A model generated the notes under the pieces. It ran no database searches, was not told the origin of the DNA, and saw only the letters and a list, made by a program, of their open reading frames with translations. Below are positions 29,364 through 38,420 of a stretch of DNA of 64,000 nt, in pieces. The DNA comes from a virus (lineage: Duplodnaviria > Caudoviricetes), in the IMG/VR virus record IMGVR_UViG_3300037067_008333, positions 23,925-87,924 of that record; one strand, 5' to 3'. The translations under genes were made by a program, and so were the position numbers. Numbering within the stretch: position 1 is the first letter of the stretch; each line of letters opens with the position of its first letter.

Positions 29364-29998
29364 TACAATACCTCCTTAATTGCATTTTGATATTCTTCCG
29401 CGGTTAATGTGTGTACATGCCAATCAGGATGGTGTTTGAATATACTTAGCGGTTCTCCCTTTATAGACGTTATAATCTCGATATTGAGTTCGGGAAATGC
29501 TTTCTTGAAACGGTGTATTGAATCTGAATAGATGGTTTTCTCTAAAGCCTGGTATTGGTTGTGATCTATAATGATAAACAAATTTTTTAAACTGTGTTTT
29601 ATAGCAAAGTTTGCCGATTCCCATGTTGTTCCCTCGGCACATTCGCCATCACCCATTAAAACATAGACATTACCATCTTCTTTTCGTAATTTGGTAGCAT
29701 AAGCAATACCACATGCGATGGGTAATCCGTGACCTAAGCTTCCAGTTGTGCAAGATATACCGTTATCTACATCTATATCCGGGTGACTTTTGGTTATATT
29801 CGGTTTATATCCATATGATTCCAATACCGCATATAATGATGGACATCCATGACCTTTGCTTAATATAAATGTGTCTTTTTCCAAGTTCATATGTCTATAG
29901 CACTTTTCAATAATTGGAAGTGCTGAGATAGCACTGGCCAAATGGCTATTTTTAGCTTCAAAACAAATTTGGATAGTTCTTTCATAAAGGTTCATCAT
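29363..29998 (-). CDS. Transketolase N-terminal (TPP-binding) subunit
   Basis: SHL, SKGHG, HPD, TGSLGHG, GDGECAEG..WE...DHN. Confidence 0.85.
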   Translation of the reverse strand: MMNLYERTIQICFEAKNSHLASAISALPIIEKCYRHMNLEKDTFILSKGHGCPSLYAVLESYGYKPNITKSHPDIDVDNGISCTTGSLGHGLPIACGIAYATKLRKEDGNVYVLMGDGECAEGTTWESANFAIKHSLKNLFIIIDHNQYQALEKTIYSDSIHRFKKAFPELNIEIITSIKGEPLSIFKHHPDWHVHTLTAEEYQNAIKEVL

Positions 29999-31095
29999 AT
30001 GAAGTTAATTCCTTTCGGTTTAGTTATGTAGTTGTCAATAAACTTATTACACGCATCCAATCTACAAGATCCAAAACATCCAGTTGTAGAATTAAATTCA
30101 TTCCTGAATTTTTTTATGATATCCCAATATCTTTCCGACTCAAATATTTCTTTGAAAGTCTTGTCGTGGATATTTCCAAATTTATATTGATCATATTCGC
30201 GTTTACCTCCGAAAAAATAACCACAAGGAAACCAATCTCCATTTCCTGAGATTTCGGAAATTAAAGGAACTGCAGGACAATGACGATAAAGTCTTTCACC
30301 CTTTCTTTCAATTGTTTTCCATTTAGGAATGATTTGTGTCTTTTCTGTAGAGTAGCTTTCGGCTTCTTTCAAAGCTGCTATTACATTTTCGTCACTGTAA
30401 GAGTTAATATCAAAGTGAACAGCTCCTACAGATTCGTTGTTTTTAGGTAAAGAACATTGTTTTATAACAAAATAATCAACCCCGAGTTCCACTGCTAATT
30501 TCGCTTCTTTTATAGTATCATCGTTCATGAGCCCGGGTATAAATACAGATTGTAACCCTATATCGCATTTGTAGCCTTTTTTGTCTCTTAACGCTACTAT
30601 TTTTTTCATATTTTCAACTACTATATCAAATTTGTCAACTCTATGAATTTTTTTATATCCTTCCCTATCTCCCGCGGATATAGAAAAACGAGCCCAATCG
30701 CAACAATCTAATACAACTTCTCTTTTTTCGTCCGTATCCAAAGCAACACCACTTGTAGATATAGCCATGGATATGTTGCCATTTTTTCCTGTTTTGAGAG
30801 CATCGTATAGATTGGGGTTAAGAGTAGGTTCACCATCTCCTACGAAAGCTATACTCTTAACTCCGCATTCTCCGGCTTCTTTAATTGATTTAAGTAAAGC
30901 GTCTCTTTGTATGTATTCTCTTTTAAGATTTTGAAATATTCCAAAACAAAACACACAATTTACATTGCAAAATTTGGACAAACCCCAATCTATATGTATA
31001 GGAGGTACACGTTCCCCCTTATCAAAATGTTGTATAACTCTTTCCATGTGCCACAGTAACTTAGTATCATCCATATGTCTATTTTCTTTTGTCAT
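29995..31095 (-). CDS. Radical SAM / SPASM-twitch enzyme
   Basis: CNVNCVFC, GDGEPTL, C...FPC, C...C...C. Confidence 0.85.
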   Translation of the reverse strand: MTKENRHMDDTKLLWHMERVIQHFDKGERVPPIHIDWGLSKFCNVNCVFCFGIFQNLKREYIQRDALLKSIKEAGECGVKSIAFVGDGEPTLNPNLYDALKTGKNGNISMAISTSGVALDTDEKREVVLDCCDWARFSISAGDREGYKKIHRVDKFDIVVENMKKIVALRDKKGYKCDIGLQSVFIPGLMNDDTIKEAKLAVELGVDYFVIKQCSLPKNNESVGAVHFDINSYSDENVIAALKEAESYSTEKTQIIPKWKTIERKGERLYRHCPAVPLISEISGNGDWFPCGYFFGGKREYDQYKFGNIHDKTFKEIFESERYWDIIKKFRNEFNSTTGCFGSCRLDACNKFIDNYITKPKGINFI

Positions 31096-31108
31096 TTATT
31101 ACTCCTTT

Positions 31109-31603
31109 TTATTTTATTGCTACTACTGAAAATGACCAATAAAGATCGCGTTCACTGTATAAAATAGATTTAAACTTGAGATCTTCTAGTAATATTTTCA
31201 TTTGTTCAGGATTGAATGTATGAAGATGTTTCTTGTTATTTTGCGGCAACCAATAAGACATATCAGGGTGGGGAAGATACAAGAACAATACTCCACCTTT
31301 TTTGATATGATCTTTCCAGTATTCTAAAGCATTGACATAATTTTCTAGATGTTCTAATGTATGTGAGCTAAATATATAATCATACTTCCTATCAGGTAGA
31401 TGATATGCATCCCATTTATCTTTGTTGACTATATTGATTGCTTGGGCTCCAGGAAAAGTCCAGTCCAAGTATCCACCTATATCTAAACCTTTACCTTTAC
31501 AAAAACACTGGGCAAATGGAACAACAAAGCTACACGCATTGCCATTTTTTATATAATTTGGATATACTACTTTTTTGTATGTAAATGTATATTTGTTATT
31601 CAT
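31109..31603 (-). CDS. Class I SAM methyltransferase
   Basis: LDIGG, YDYIFSSHTLEH, KGG.LFLYLP. Confidence 0.8.
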   Translation of the reverse strand: MNNKYTFTYKKVVYPNYIKNGNACSFVVPFAQCFCKGKGLDIGGYLDWTFPGAQAINIVNKDKWDAYHLPDRKYDYIFSSHTLEHLENYVNALEYWKDHIKKGGVLFLYLPHPDMSYWLPQNNKKHLHTFNPEQMKILLEDLKFKSILYSERDLYWSFSVVAIK

Positions 31604-32792
31604 GGTTTGATTTTAATTCAGAAATACATCCATTATACTCATTTTTGTAAAATTTGTCAATTTTATTCCGGTATTTTTTCACGAAATAACCTATGGCTTT
31701 TTCTACACCATGTATATGAGTATCATCAAAGTATATTAATCCTCCAGATTTATTTAACAACGAGATTGCTATATCAATATCTACTATAATATCATTATAA
31801 TGATGGGAACCATCTATAAGAATTGTCGAAACATTCATGTTATGAAAATTATTTTTATTGCCATCTAAGTATTGTTTTGATGTCATCTCATATGTTTTTA
31901 CATTTGGTAGGTCCTTTATATTATGTATGGTATTTTCTTTTTCTTCAGATAGAATTTTTCCTATTTCTTGATCTGGAGTATTACCATCTGAGATATAAGG
32001 ATCTACACCATAAAACTCTCTATCAGGAAATTTGCGCGCTAATATAGCTAGAGCTGCACCATTGTATACACCAATTTCAAAGTATCCTCCTGGGTGGTGG
32101 GTGAGATAATCTTGTATAGCTATTATAGCCGGCCAACAACATAATTTTCCTTTGATTGCATATTTTTCTTTATATGCAAAAATGTTATTATAATTATTTA
32201 TAGATAATTCCTTTATTATTGGCGTGAGAATAAGAAATCCCTGCTGTTTATTGTTTCTATGAATATCATGCGATTTTGAAAATAATTCCACTATAGATTC
32301 TATGCCGTCACAATGATATTTTTTATCGATGTTACCTAATTCATAATTACCGATCTCATACATTCTTAAATCATCTATTATGAAAACATCTTTATTATTT
32401 GGTCTATAAGTTGATATTACTTGTAACTCAGCTTCGAGTGGTGTTTTTATATGACAATCTAATATATCATCGTAACTTCCAAGTTGATAATCAGCTCCTG
32501 GGAAATGAGCATCAAGCCAGAAGAGTATATTATCTTGTTGATTTACCTTACTCATGATAGTTTTTAATCCATCTATTGAGTTATTATTTATTAATTCTAG
32601 TTTACTACTATGGAATTTTTTTATATTCTTGTCATATAGTTCTTTCATTATTTCTATCGAGTATATTTTTTTAAAAGGAAATGTAAGGGCGTATGATAGA
32701 CCAAAACCCATGCCTGTACCGGTTTCTACGAATGTATTAAGATTATATTCTTTTATATAATGGTTTAAATCAAATGTGTTGAGTTCACCCAT
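31596..32792 (-). CDS. Two-domain SAM-dependent methyltransferase
   Basis: Domain 1 FVETGT...LDAH...IDD, domain 2 FEIGVY.G...IDGSH...DD. Likely ATG at 32792 (ORF track starts at 32828). Confidence 0.7.
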   Translation of the reverse strand: MGELNTFDLNHYIKEYNLNTFVETGTGMGFGLSYALTFPFKKIYSIEIMKELYDKNIKKFHSSKLELINNNSIDGLKTIMSKVNQQDNILFWLDAHFPGADYQLGSYDDILDCHIKTPLEAELQVISTYRPNNKDVFIIDDLRMYEIGNYELGNIDKKYHCDGIESIVELFSKSHDIHRNNKQQGFLILTPIIKELSINNYNNIFAYKEKYAIKGKLCCWPAIIAIQDYLTHHPGGYFEIGVYNGAALAILARKFPDREFYGVDPYISDGNTPDQEIGKILSEEKENTIHNIKDLPNVKTYEMTSKQYLDGNKNNFHNMNVSTILIDGSHHYNDIIVDIDIAISLLNKSGGLIYFDDTHIHGVEKAIGYFVKKYRNKIDKFYKNEYNGCISELKSNHE

Positions 32793-33481
32793 TTTAAATA
32801 TTCCTCCATTGTATGAACTGTTTTCCATGGTTTAGAAAACAAATGCCGTGTAGCAATATATGTTGGTACTTCATTTTCTTTGCCAAAATTTCGTGAGAAT
32901 AATATCATTTCTTTTGCTTTTACATCAAGTTTTTCTATAATTAATGTAAAACATGTATCGACAAAATATAGATTGGTTGCATGTTCAATTATATTACACC
33001 AATCAAACGGAGTAAATCCAGAGATGAATTCTATTTCAATAGTCGGAAGATCATTCATTATAGGTATATCTATATCTCGAACATCCGGTGGTGAAGCAAA
33101 TTTTTTACAGATAAGATTATATTCCATAGGTTGTATTTTCAATTGCTCTTCTTTTTGAATGTTTCTACGAAAGTTAAAATACTTAGACCAGTCGGAATAA
33201 TCTAGGTTTCCTGCCATTTTATATTTTGCATCCATACACGATATACCATGATAAAAGTGTCCAGCACTCTCAAGATCAAGTGTTTCGCAAGATCCATACC
33301 ATGTATCGGTGAGTTTGCAAAACGATACTCCTGGTGTTTTGATATAATTACCTACCCATTCATATTGGGGAATAACAGGCCATACCACATCATAGCCATG
33401 GTTGACATATTCAGTAGCTATTTTTTGACAAAAAATAATATCTCCAAGTCCTGCTGGTTGTTGAATGATACACCGTTTCAT
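32765..33481 (-). CDS. Possible GT-B-like glycosyltransferase
   Basis: QPAGLGD N-terminus, F.W...IE.A..L.FVDT motif. Cluster context. Confidence 0.4.
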   Translation of the reverse strand: MKRCIIQQPAGLGDIIFCQKIATEYVNHGYDVVWPVIPQYEWVGNYIKTPGVSFCKLTDTWYGSCETLDLESAGHFYHGISCMDAKYKMAGNLDYSDWSKYFNFRRNIQKEEQLKIQPMEYNLICKKFASPPDVRDIDIPIMNDLPTIEIEFISGFTPFDWCNIIEHATNLYFVDTCFTLIIEKLDVKAKEMILFSRNFGKENEVPTYIATRHLFSKPWKTVHTMEEYLKWVNSTHLI

Positions 33482-33482
33482 G

Positions 33483-34049
33483 TTATCCTCGGGTTTCTGT
33501 TACTGCACTATTGAAGTCATAGAAATATAAAACCTTATCTATCCTGACTTCATTTCGGACATCTTTGCAGGCCCTGACGACCCAATTGACATCCTCTCCG
33601 TAATTTAGATTGGGGTACATGTGGCGTTTGGCTATGGCTGATTTCCATACCATTGTATGAGCTGGTTTTCCTTTCCACTGGTCACCTATCTGACCATATT
33701 CATACCTTATACTATATTGAGAATACGTTTTTTGTCCACCATTTATTGTCGTAATACAGTCGAATACAACTACATCGACGGTAGGATTTGCATATAATGT
33801 ATCCATGATGGATTGCACATAATCATTCGCTACCCTGTCATCGTCATCAATAAAGGTAAGGTATTCACCTGTTGCCAGGTTCAGTAAGGCATTTCGTTTC
33901 TGACCTACAGTACGGCGTTTATTATCATAGAGGCCGATTATTTCAACATCAGGACGGTTATTAACCTGATCCTGGAGTTGTTTAATAAGACGTGGAAAGA
34001 ATGTTTCAAGTCTTGATGGTACGGTTGCAACAAGAATTGATAGTTTCAT
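33483..34049 (-). CDS. GT2-like glycosyltransferase
   Basis: LSILVAT, KRN.L...A.GEY..FIDDDD, GED. Confidence 0.75.
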   Translation of the reverse strand: MKLSILVATVPSRLETFFPRLIKQLQDQVNNRPDVEIIGLYDNKRRTVGQKRNALLNLATGEYLTFIDDDDRVANDYVQSIMDTLYANPTVDVVVFDCITTINGGQKTYSQYSIRYEYGQIGDQWKGKPAHTMVWKSAIAKRHMYPNLNYGEDVNWVVRACKDVRNEVRIDKVLYFYDFNSAVTETRG

Positions 34050-35023
34050 TATTTCCTCGCAAGAAGTTTTTCATATTCCTGGACTATTCTGGTGACAACG
34101 TTTTTGGCTGACCATGTTTCTTGCATGAATTTTCTGACAGCCTTTCCACGTTCTTCTAGGATGCCCAGGTTTTCTGAATAAAAAACAATACGTTCAGCAA
34201 TTTCATTGATGTTACGAACACGTTCAAATGGATAAAAGTCAGTTTGGAAAAACTCACGGAAGACTTTATCGAACTCTGGACAAATATTACACATAGTTGG
34301 TACACCAAGTGCAAGATTTTCTACGGTGGTCATACCGTGGTATTCTCTCCAAAGTGCATCGAATCCTAGGTTAATCATTTTCTTTCTGCGGATAATATGC
34401 TCGTGTGGTAAATCAGTTTCAATGATGGCTTTAACAGGGTATTTTTGAACAGCGATTTCAATTCCTTTTCGGAGTTCCATGGTATTCTTGTTATTGCCGC
34501 CTCCTGTTGGGAAATGGCCGATAGTAACATTATGATAGTCACGGAATGTATTCATATCGAATTCAGAAGATTTTTCATCTACGATATCAGGAATGTAAAT
34601 ACAACCATCGTAGATGTGGATAGCCTGGGGAATGGAAGAGAAGATAGCATCATAACCTATATCCTGGCGCTTATTCCAATAGTCCTTTGCCTTAGCACGT
34701 TCTCTCCAACCTCCTGGAAAACTACAATAGTCATGGAATATCTTGATTTTTCCTTTGAGTTCTTGTTCCCAATTAAAACCCCAGACATGCGAGCTAGTAT
34801 AGGTATGGGTCGCTGAGCAGAAGTGAATGACATCAGATTCACGTATAATCTGAACAAACTCATCGCGGTTGTAGTTATCAGGAGTAATATCAGTATCATA
34901 ATTAAACGTCCTTACTGCTCTGAAATGCCTGGCTTGCCAGTTGGTGTACTTGGAAATTGCACGGGCCTGCCTGATTGAGACTCCAGCTGCATCCCACGCT
35001 GGGTTAACAAAAAGAACTCTCAT
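34049..35023 (-). CDS. GT4-like (GT-B) glycosyltransferase
   Basis: VLFVNP, HG..TVE.LA.GVP motif. Confidence 0.6.
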   Translation of the reverse strand: MRVLFVNPAWDAAGVSIRQARAISKYTNWQARHFRAVRTFNYDTDITPDNYNRDEFVQIIRESDVIHFCSATHTYTSSHVWGFNWEQELKGKIKIFHDYCSFPGGWRERAKAKDYWNKRQDIGYDAIFSSIPQAIHIYDGCIYIPDIVDEKSSEFDMNTFRDYHNVTIGHFPTGGGNNKNTMELRKGIEIAVQKYPVKAIIETDLPHEHIIRRKKMINLGFDALWREYHGMTTVENLALGVPTMCNICPEFDKVFREFFQTDFYPFERVRNINEIAERIVFYSENLGILEERGKAVRKFMQETWSAKNVVTRIVQEYEKLLARK

Positions 35024-35703
35024 AATTCTCTCCTTTTTCTGGCATTCGCCAGTACTTCAACAGTATCATCATATCCCTTAACATGACTTACTGTTGCCGG
35101 GTGATCACGGTAATATCCTAATATAATCGGTATATGGTATAGATTCATCCTCTCTTCGCATTTCAAAGCAAAGTCATAATCCTGGGCTGTAAAGCGCGTA
35201 TCAAATCCTCCAAGCTGGTCAAAAAGTTGTTTGCGCCACATGAAGCAAAGACCTATATGGCATCCGGTAAGTAATAATCCTTTGGTATATGGCGGTCGCA
35301 GTATTGCCTCACCGATAATTCCATTTTCATTTATAAACTGGAAGTCCGAATAGACAAACCCAACGTCCGGTTTTCCATCTAGTATATTCGCCAGGATTCG
35401 GATAAACATGGTAAAGTAAATATTATCTGAGCTTACATAGGTATGATATTTACCTTTGGCTTTGGAGAATCCATAGTTAAGAGCGCTACCAGTGCCGCCA
35501 TTTTCTTTATAATGATACTCTATTTTATCTGGATACTGGATTGCATAATCCATAGCAATGGTTGCCGTATCATCAGTTGAACCATCGTTGATAATATAGA
35601 GTTTCCAATCATCACAATCTTGTTTAAGGATACTTTCAATAGCTTCCGGCAAAAACTTAGCTTGATTATATGCCGGCATTACGCAACTAATTGTTTCCAT
35701 CAC
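35020..35703 (-). CDS. GT2 glycosyltransferase
   Basis: PAYNQ, NDGSTD, SSDN, GGFD, QDYDF. Confidence 0.85.
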   Translation of the reverse strand: MMETISCVMPAYNQAKFLPEAIESILKQDCDDWKLYIINDGSTDDTATIAMDYAIQYPDKIEYHYKENGGTGSALNYGFSKAKGKYHTYVSSDNIYFTMFIRILANILDGKPDVGFVYSDFQFINENGIIGEAILRPPYTKGLLLTGCHIGLCFMWRKQLFDQLGGFDTRFTAQDYDFALKCEERMNLYHIPIILGYYRDHPATVSHVKGYDDTVEVLANARKRREL

Positions 35704-36062
35704 TCCTCCGTTTTGTTTTCAATAATAAAGAATTTTGTTATTGATTTATTTTCATCAAGGTCATATGCTACACAACCCCATCCTTTCTTTGGACCGTCAT
35801 CAAAACTTCCAAATAATCCATTGAGGATACCAACCATACCAACCGTGAAATCACTGAATCCTGATGGTATCTGGTTTGGACCAACGAGGTTTTTGACAGC
35901 ACCACATTGTACTGTAGGGTGGTTTGCCATAGCTTCTGAACATGATTGCTTCGTTATGACTACTTTCGTAATGGCATCTCGGTCAATTTCTAAAAGACTA
36001 TTAAGAAAATCTACTACTTCTTGCGGTGTGACGTGTTCTTTTATTGACATCTGTTCCTCCAA
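35700..36062 (-). CDS. Hypothetical protein
   Basis: 120 aa with RBS GGAGG. Looks like a non-glycan phage ORF inside the cluster. Confidence 0.5.
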   Translation of the reverse strand: MEEQMSIKEHVTPQEVVDFLNSLLEIDRDAITKVVITKQSCSEAMANHPTVQCGAVKNLVGPNQIPSGFSDFTVGMVGILNGLFGSFDDGPKKGWGCVAYDLDENKSITKFFIIENKTEE

Positions 36063-36871
36063 AATTCTTCAGTTTCTTGTATCTGTTTTGATATATCAGA
36101 TTTTGTTTTTCCATCACTATCACGAGCACACACTTTATTTTTCCATAGAGCATATTCAAGATCATTTTCGTGGGGATGTTCTATATAAGCTGTTTCGAGT
36201 ATTTGCCATGTGTAACCGTGTTTATTAAGGTCTTGCAGATAATACGCTTCATCACCCGCATATACACCCATTACTTTATATCCCCCAATTTCTTTCCAAG
36301 CTTTTAAATTCAAGAAAAAACAACCACCTGCAATATGAGCTGCCGGTGTTGGCCATATAACTCGTTCCTTCATGTTGAAAGAATTCGTGTATTCAAATGA
36401 GTTTTTACAGTTTTCAATGACATGGCAGTTATATCCAGTCATATTTGGGGCTACAACACCACACGGTTTATGTTTGTGAGATTCCATTTGCTGCACACAT
36501 TCAAGTAATCGTTTCAAAATGACACTCGAACCTTCTGGAATCTTCATATCTGAATCCATTGTGAACATATAATCATATGGTTTATCTTTCAATGCGGCAC
36601 ACACTAGATGATTAACTACAAAAGCTTTACCATAATTCTTATCGTGAAATTGAATAAGTTTTACTTCACCAGATGGATTATGGCTCCAGAACGGTAGAAA
36701 TTTTATAGTATCCGTTATTTGTTTTTTGTAATCATCATTAGCGGCATAACCACCAAAGTAAAGTTCACAATCTATTGTTTTGAAATTACGTATTGACGTT
36801 ATGGATTCCAGATTCCGTTCCAGACGTTTTTTATCTGGAGCAAATATTGGTTGTGTTATTAATATTCTCAT
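36041..36871 (-). CDS. GT2-like glycosyltransferase
   Basis: NYGKA..N, MDSD, GGCF, IGGY, GDE. Confidence 0.65.
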   Translation of the reverse strand: MRILITQPIFAPDKKRLERNLESITSIRNFKTIDCELYFGGYAANDDYKKQITDTIKFLPFWSHNPSGEVKLIQFHDKNYGKAFVVNHLVCAALKDKPYDYMFTMDSDMKIPEGSSVILKRLLECVQQMESHKHKPCGVVAPNMTGYNCHVIENCKNSFEYTNSFNMKERVIWPTPAAHIAGGCFFLNLKAWKEIGGYKVMGVYAGDEAYYLQDLNKHGYTWQILETAYIEHPHENDLEYALWKNKVCARDSDGKTKSDISKQIQETEEFWRNRCQ

Positions 36872-38420
36872 ATTTTTCCTCTGCTATTTTATGATAAAAT
36901 TCCAGTGTCGGAAGATGATTTGGATCTTTCATGTCTTCCGTTAAATTTATATCCGGTTCTAGAAGTTCCTTGTACCACTTACTTACAAAATATGGACGAT
37001 CATGCAACATTATTTCTCTGGATGGTTCACCGCGGGTGGCGCTGCATACATGATATAATGTTGAATATGGAGTATATATTATTTTATATCCAAGCTTCTT
37101 TACTTTCATACAAAGATCCACGTCCTGGAACTCTATCATATACTCGGGATCGAAACCACCCACTTGCTCGAAGATCTCACGTTTGATCATGAGGCATGCT
37201 CCGGTAACTGACGATACTTCTCTGATGTAATTTACGTGGGGAAAACTAACTTGTGCATTGAGATGTATGTGTCCAGCAATACCCCCAAGTCCAAGGGCTA
37301 CACCAGCATGTTGAATTGTCTTATTAGCATAAATAAGCCTGGAACCAACGATACCTACTTCCGGTCGTTGTATGTGTTTGACCATTTCGCTTAAAAAATA
37401 AGGAGTAGCTATTGTATCGTTATTTAAGAAAAGAAGATATTTAAAATTAGCTTTTGTTACTGTTTTATTATTTGTTTTTGAAAAGTGAAACGTATCATGT
37501 AATACCGTGTGATATGTCGTATTAATAATATTCAAAGCTTCTGTATTTGTTGAACCTGTGTCTACAATAATAACTTCATGTGGATAATCAGCATTATGTT
37601 CTATACTACTAATACAATTTCTCAGTAATGTAGGTTGATCTTTTGTGAGAATTATTATAGATACTGGTTCTGTAGTTTCAATTGTACGATCTATATGCCA
37701 GTGTGTTTTAATGATACTCGCTTTAATAGACCCCTTTATTCCGCGGCGTTTCATGGTTTCTTCTACTACAGTTTTACTGTTTGCAAATACTCGATCATCA
37801 ATACCCATGGTTGTTGTGGAGATTTTTGATTGTCTCCAACTATATAGAACGCGGCGCAGGTGACCTATTTTATATTTTTCAGAGATACGCAGAATTAGAT
37901 CGTAGTCCTGGGCTCCGCTAAAACGAACTGGTAAGAATTCCTTAACAGTTGCGGCCTTAATAAGCTTGAAATGGTTGATATACATTTTAGAAAGAAGAAG
38001 ATCATCATTATAATCTTCTTTATAAGTGTAATGGATTAGCTTATCATTCTTATCTATAAATTCTTCATCGGTATAGACCATCGAATACTCAGGATGATCT
38101 TTGAGATATTTCACGCATTCTTCAACGCAAGTTAACTTAAGCGTATCATCGTGATCTACGAAACCAATATATTCACCGGTTGCAATCTCTATGCCTTTTG
38201 TGGTTGCTTCAGCTATACCTTTATTTTCATCGAGATAGACATATTTAAACCTATCTCTGTTTGTGAAAAGAGAGTGATGATCTTTCTTTTTTGAACCATC
38301 ATCGATAATTATAACTTCAAGATTAATATATGTTTGGTCGATAATAGATCTAAAAGTTTTATCAAGAAATTTCACGTTAGAATTATATGTTGGTACGATG
38401 AGTGTTACTTTTTTATCCAT
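36831..38420 (-). CDS. Tandem GT2-GT2 glycosyltransferase (rhamnan-polymerase-like architecture)
   Basis: Two complete GT2 domains: PTYN/DDGS/DHDD/QDYD and DTGS/LNND/VTGAC/QDVD. Confidence 0.85.
   Translation of the reverse strand: MDKKVTLIVPTYNSNVKFLDKTFRSIIDQTYINLEVIIIDDGSKKKDHHSLFTNRDRFKYVYLDENKGIAEATTKGIEIATGEYIGFVDHDDTLKLTCVEECVKYLKDHPEYSMVYTDEEFIDKNDKLIHYTYKEDYNDDLLLSKMYINHFKLIKAATVKEFLPVRFSGAQDYDLILRISEKYKIGHLRRVLYSWRQSKISTTTMGIDDRVFANSKTVVEETMKRRGIKGSIKASIIKTHWHIDRTIETTEPVSIIILTKDQPTLLRNCISSIEHNADYPHEVIIVDTGSTNTEALNIINTTYHTVLHDTFHFSKTNNKTVTKANFKYLLFLNNDTIATPYFLSEMVKHIQRPEVGIVGSRLIYANKTIQHAGVALGLGGIAGHIHLNAQVSFPHVNYIREVSSVTGACLMIKREIFEQVGGFDPEYMIEFQDVDLCMKVKKLGYKIIYTPYSTLYHVCSATRGEPSREIMLHDRPYFVSKWYKELLEPDINLTEDMKDPNHLPTLEFYHKIAEEKYENINNTTNICSR

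Noticed and set aside
28890-29998. Transketolase as a pentose-phosphate auxiliary metabolic gene
   Set aside because: It is split, truncated and embedded among sugar-tailoring genes, with no other pentose-phosphate genes nearby.
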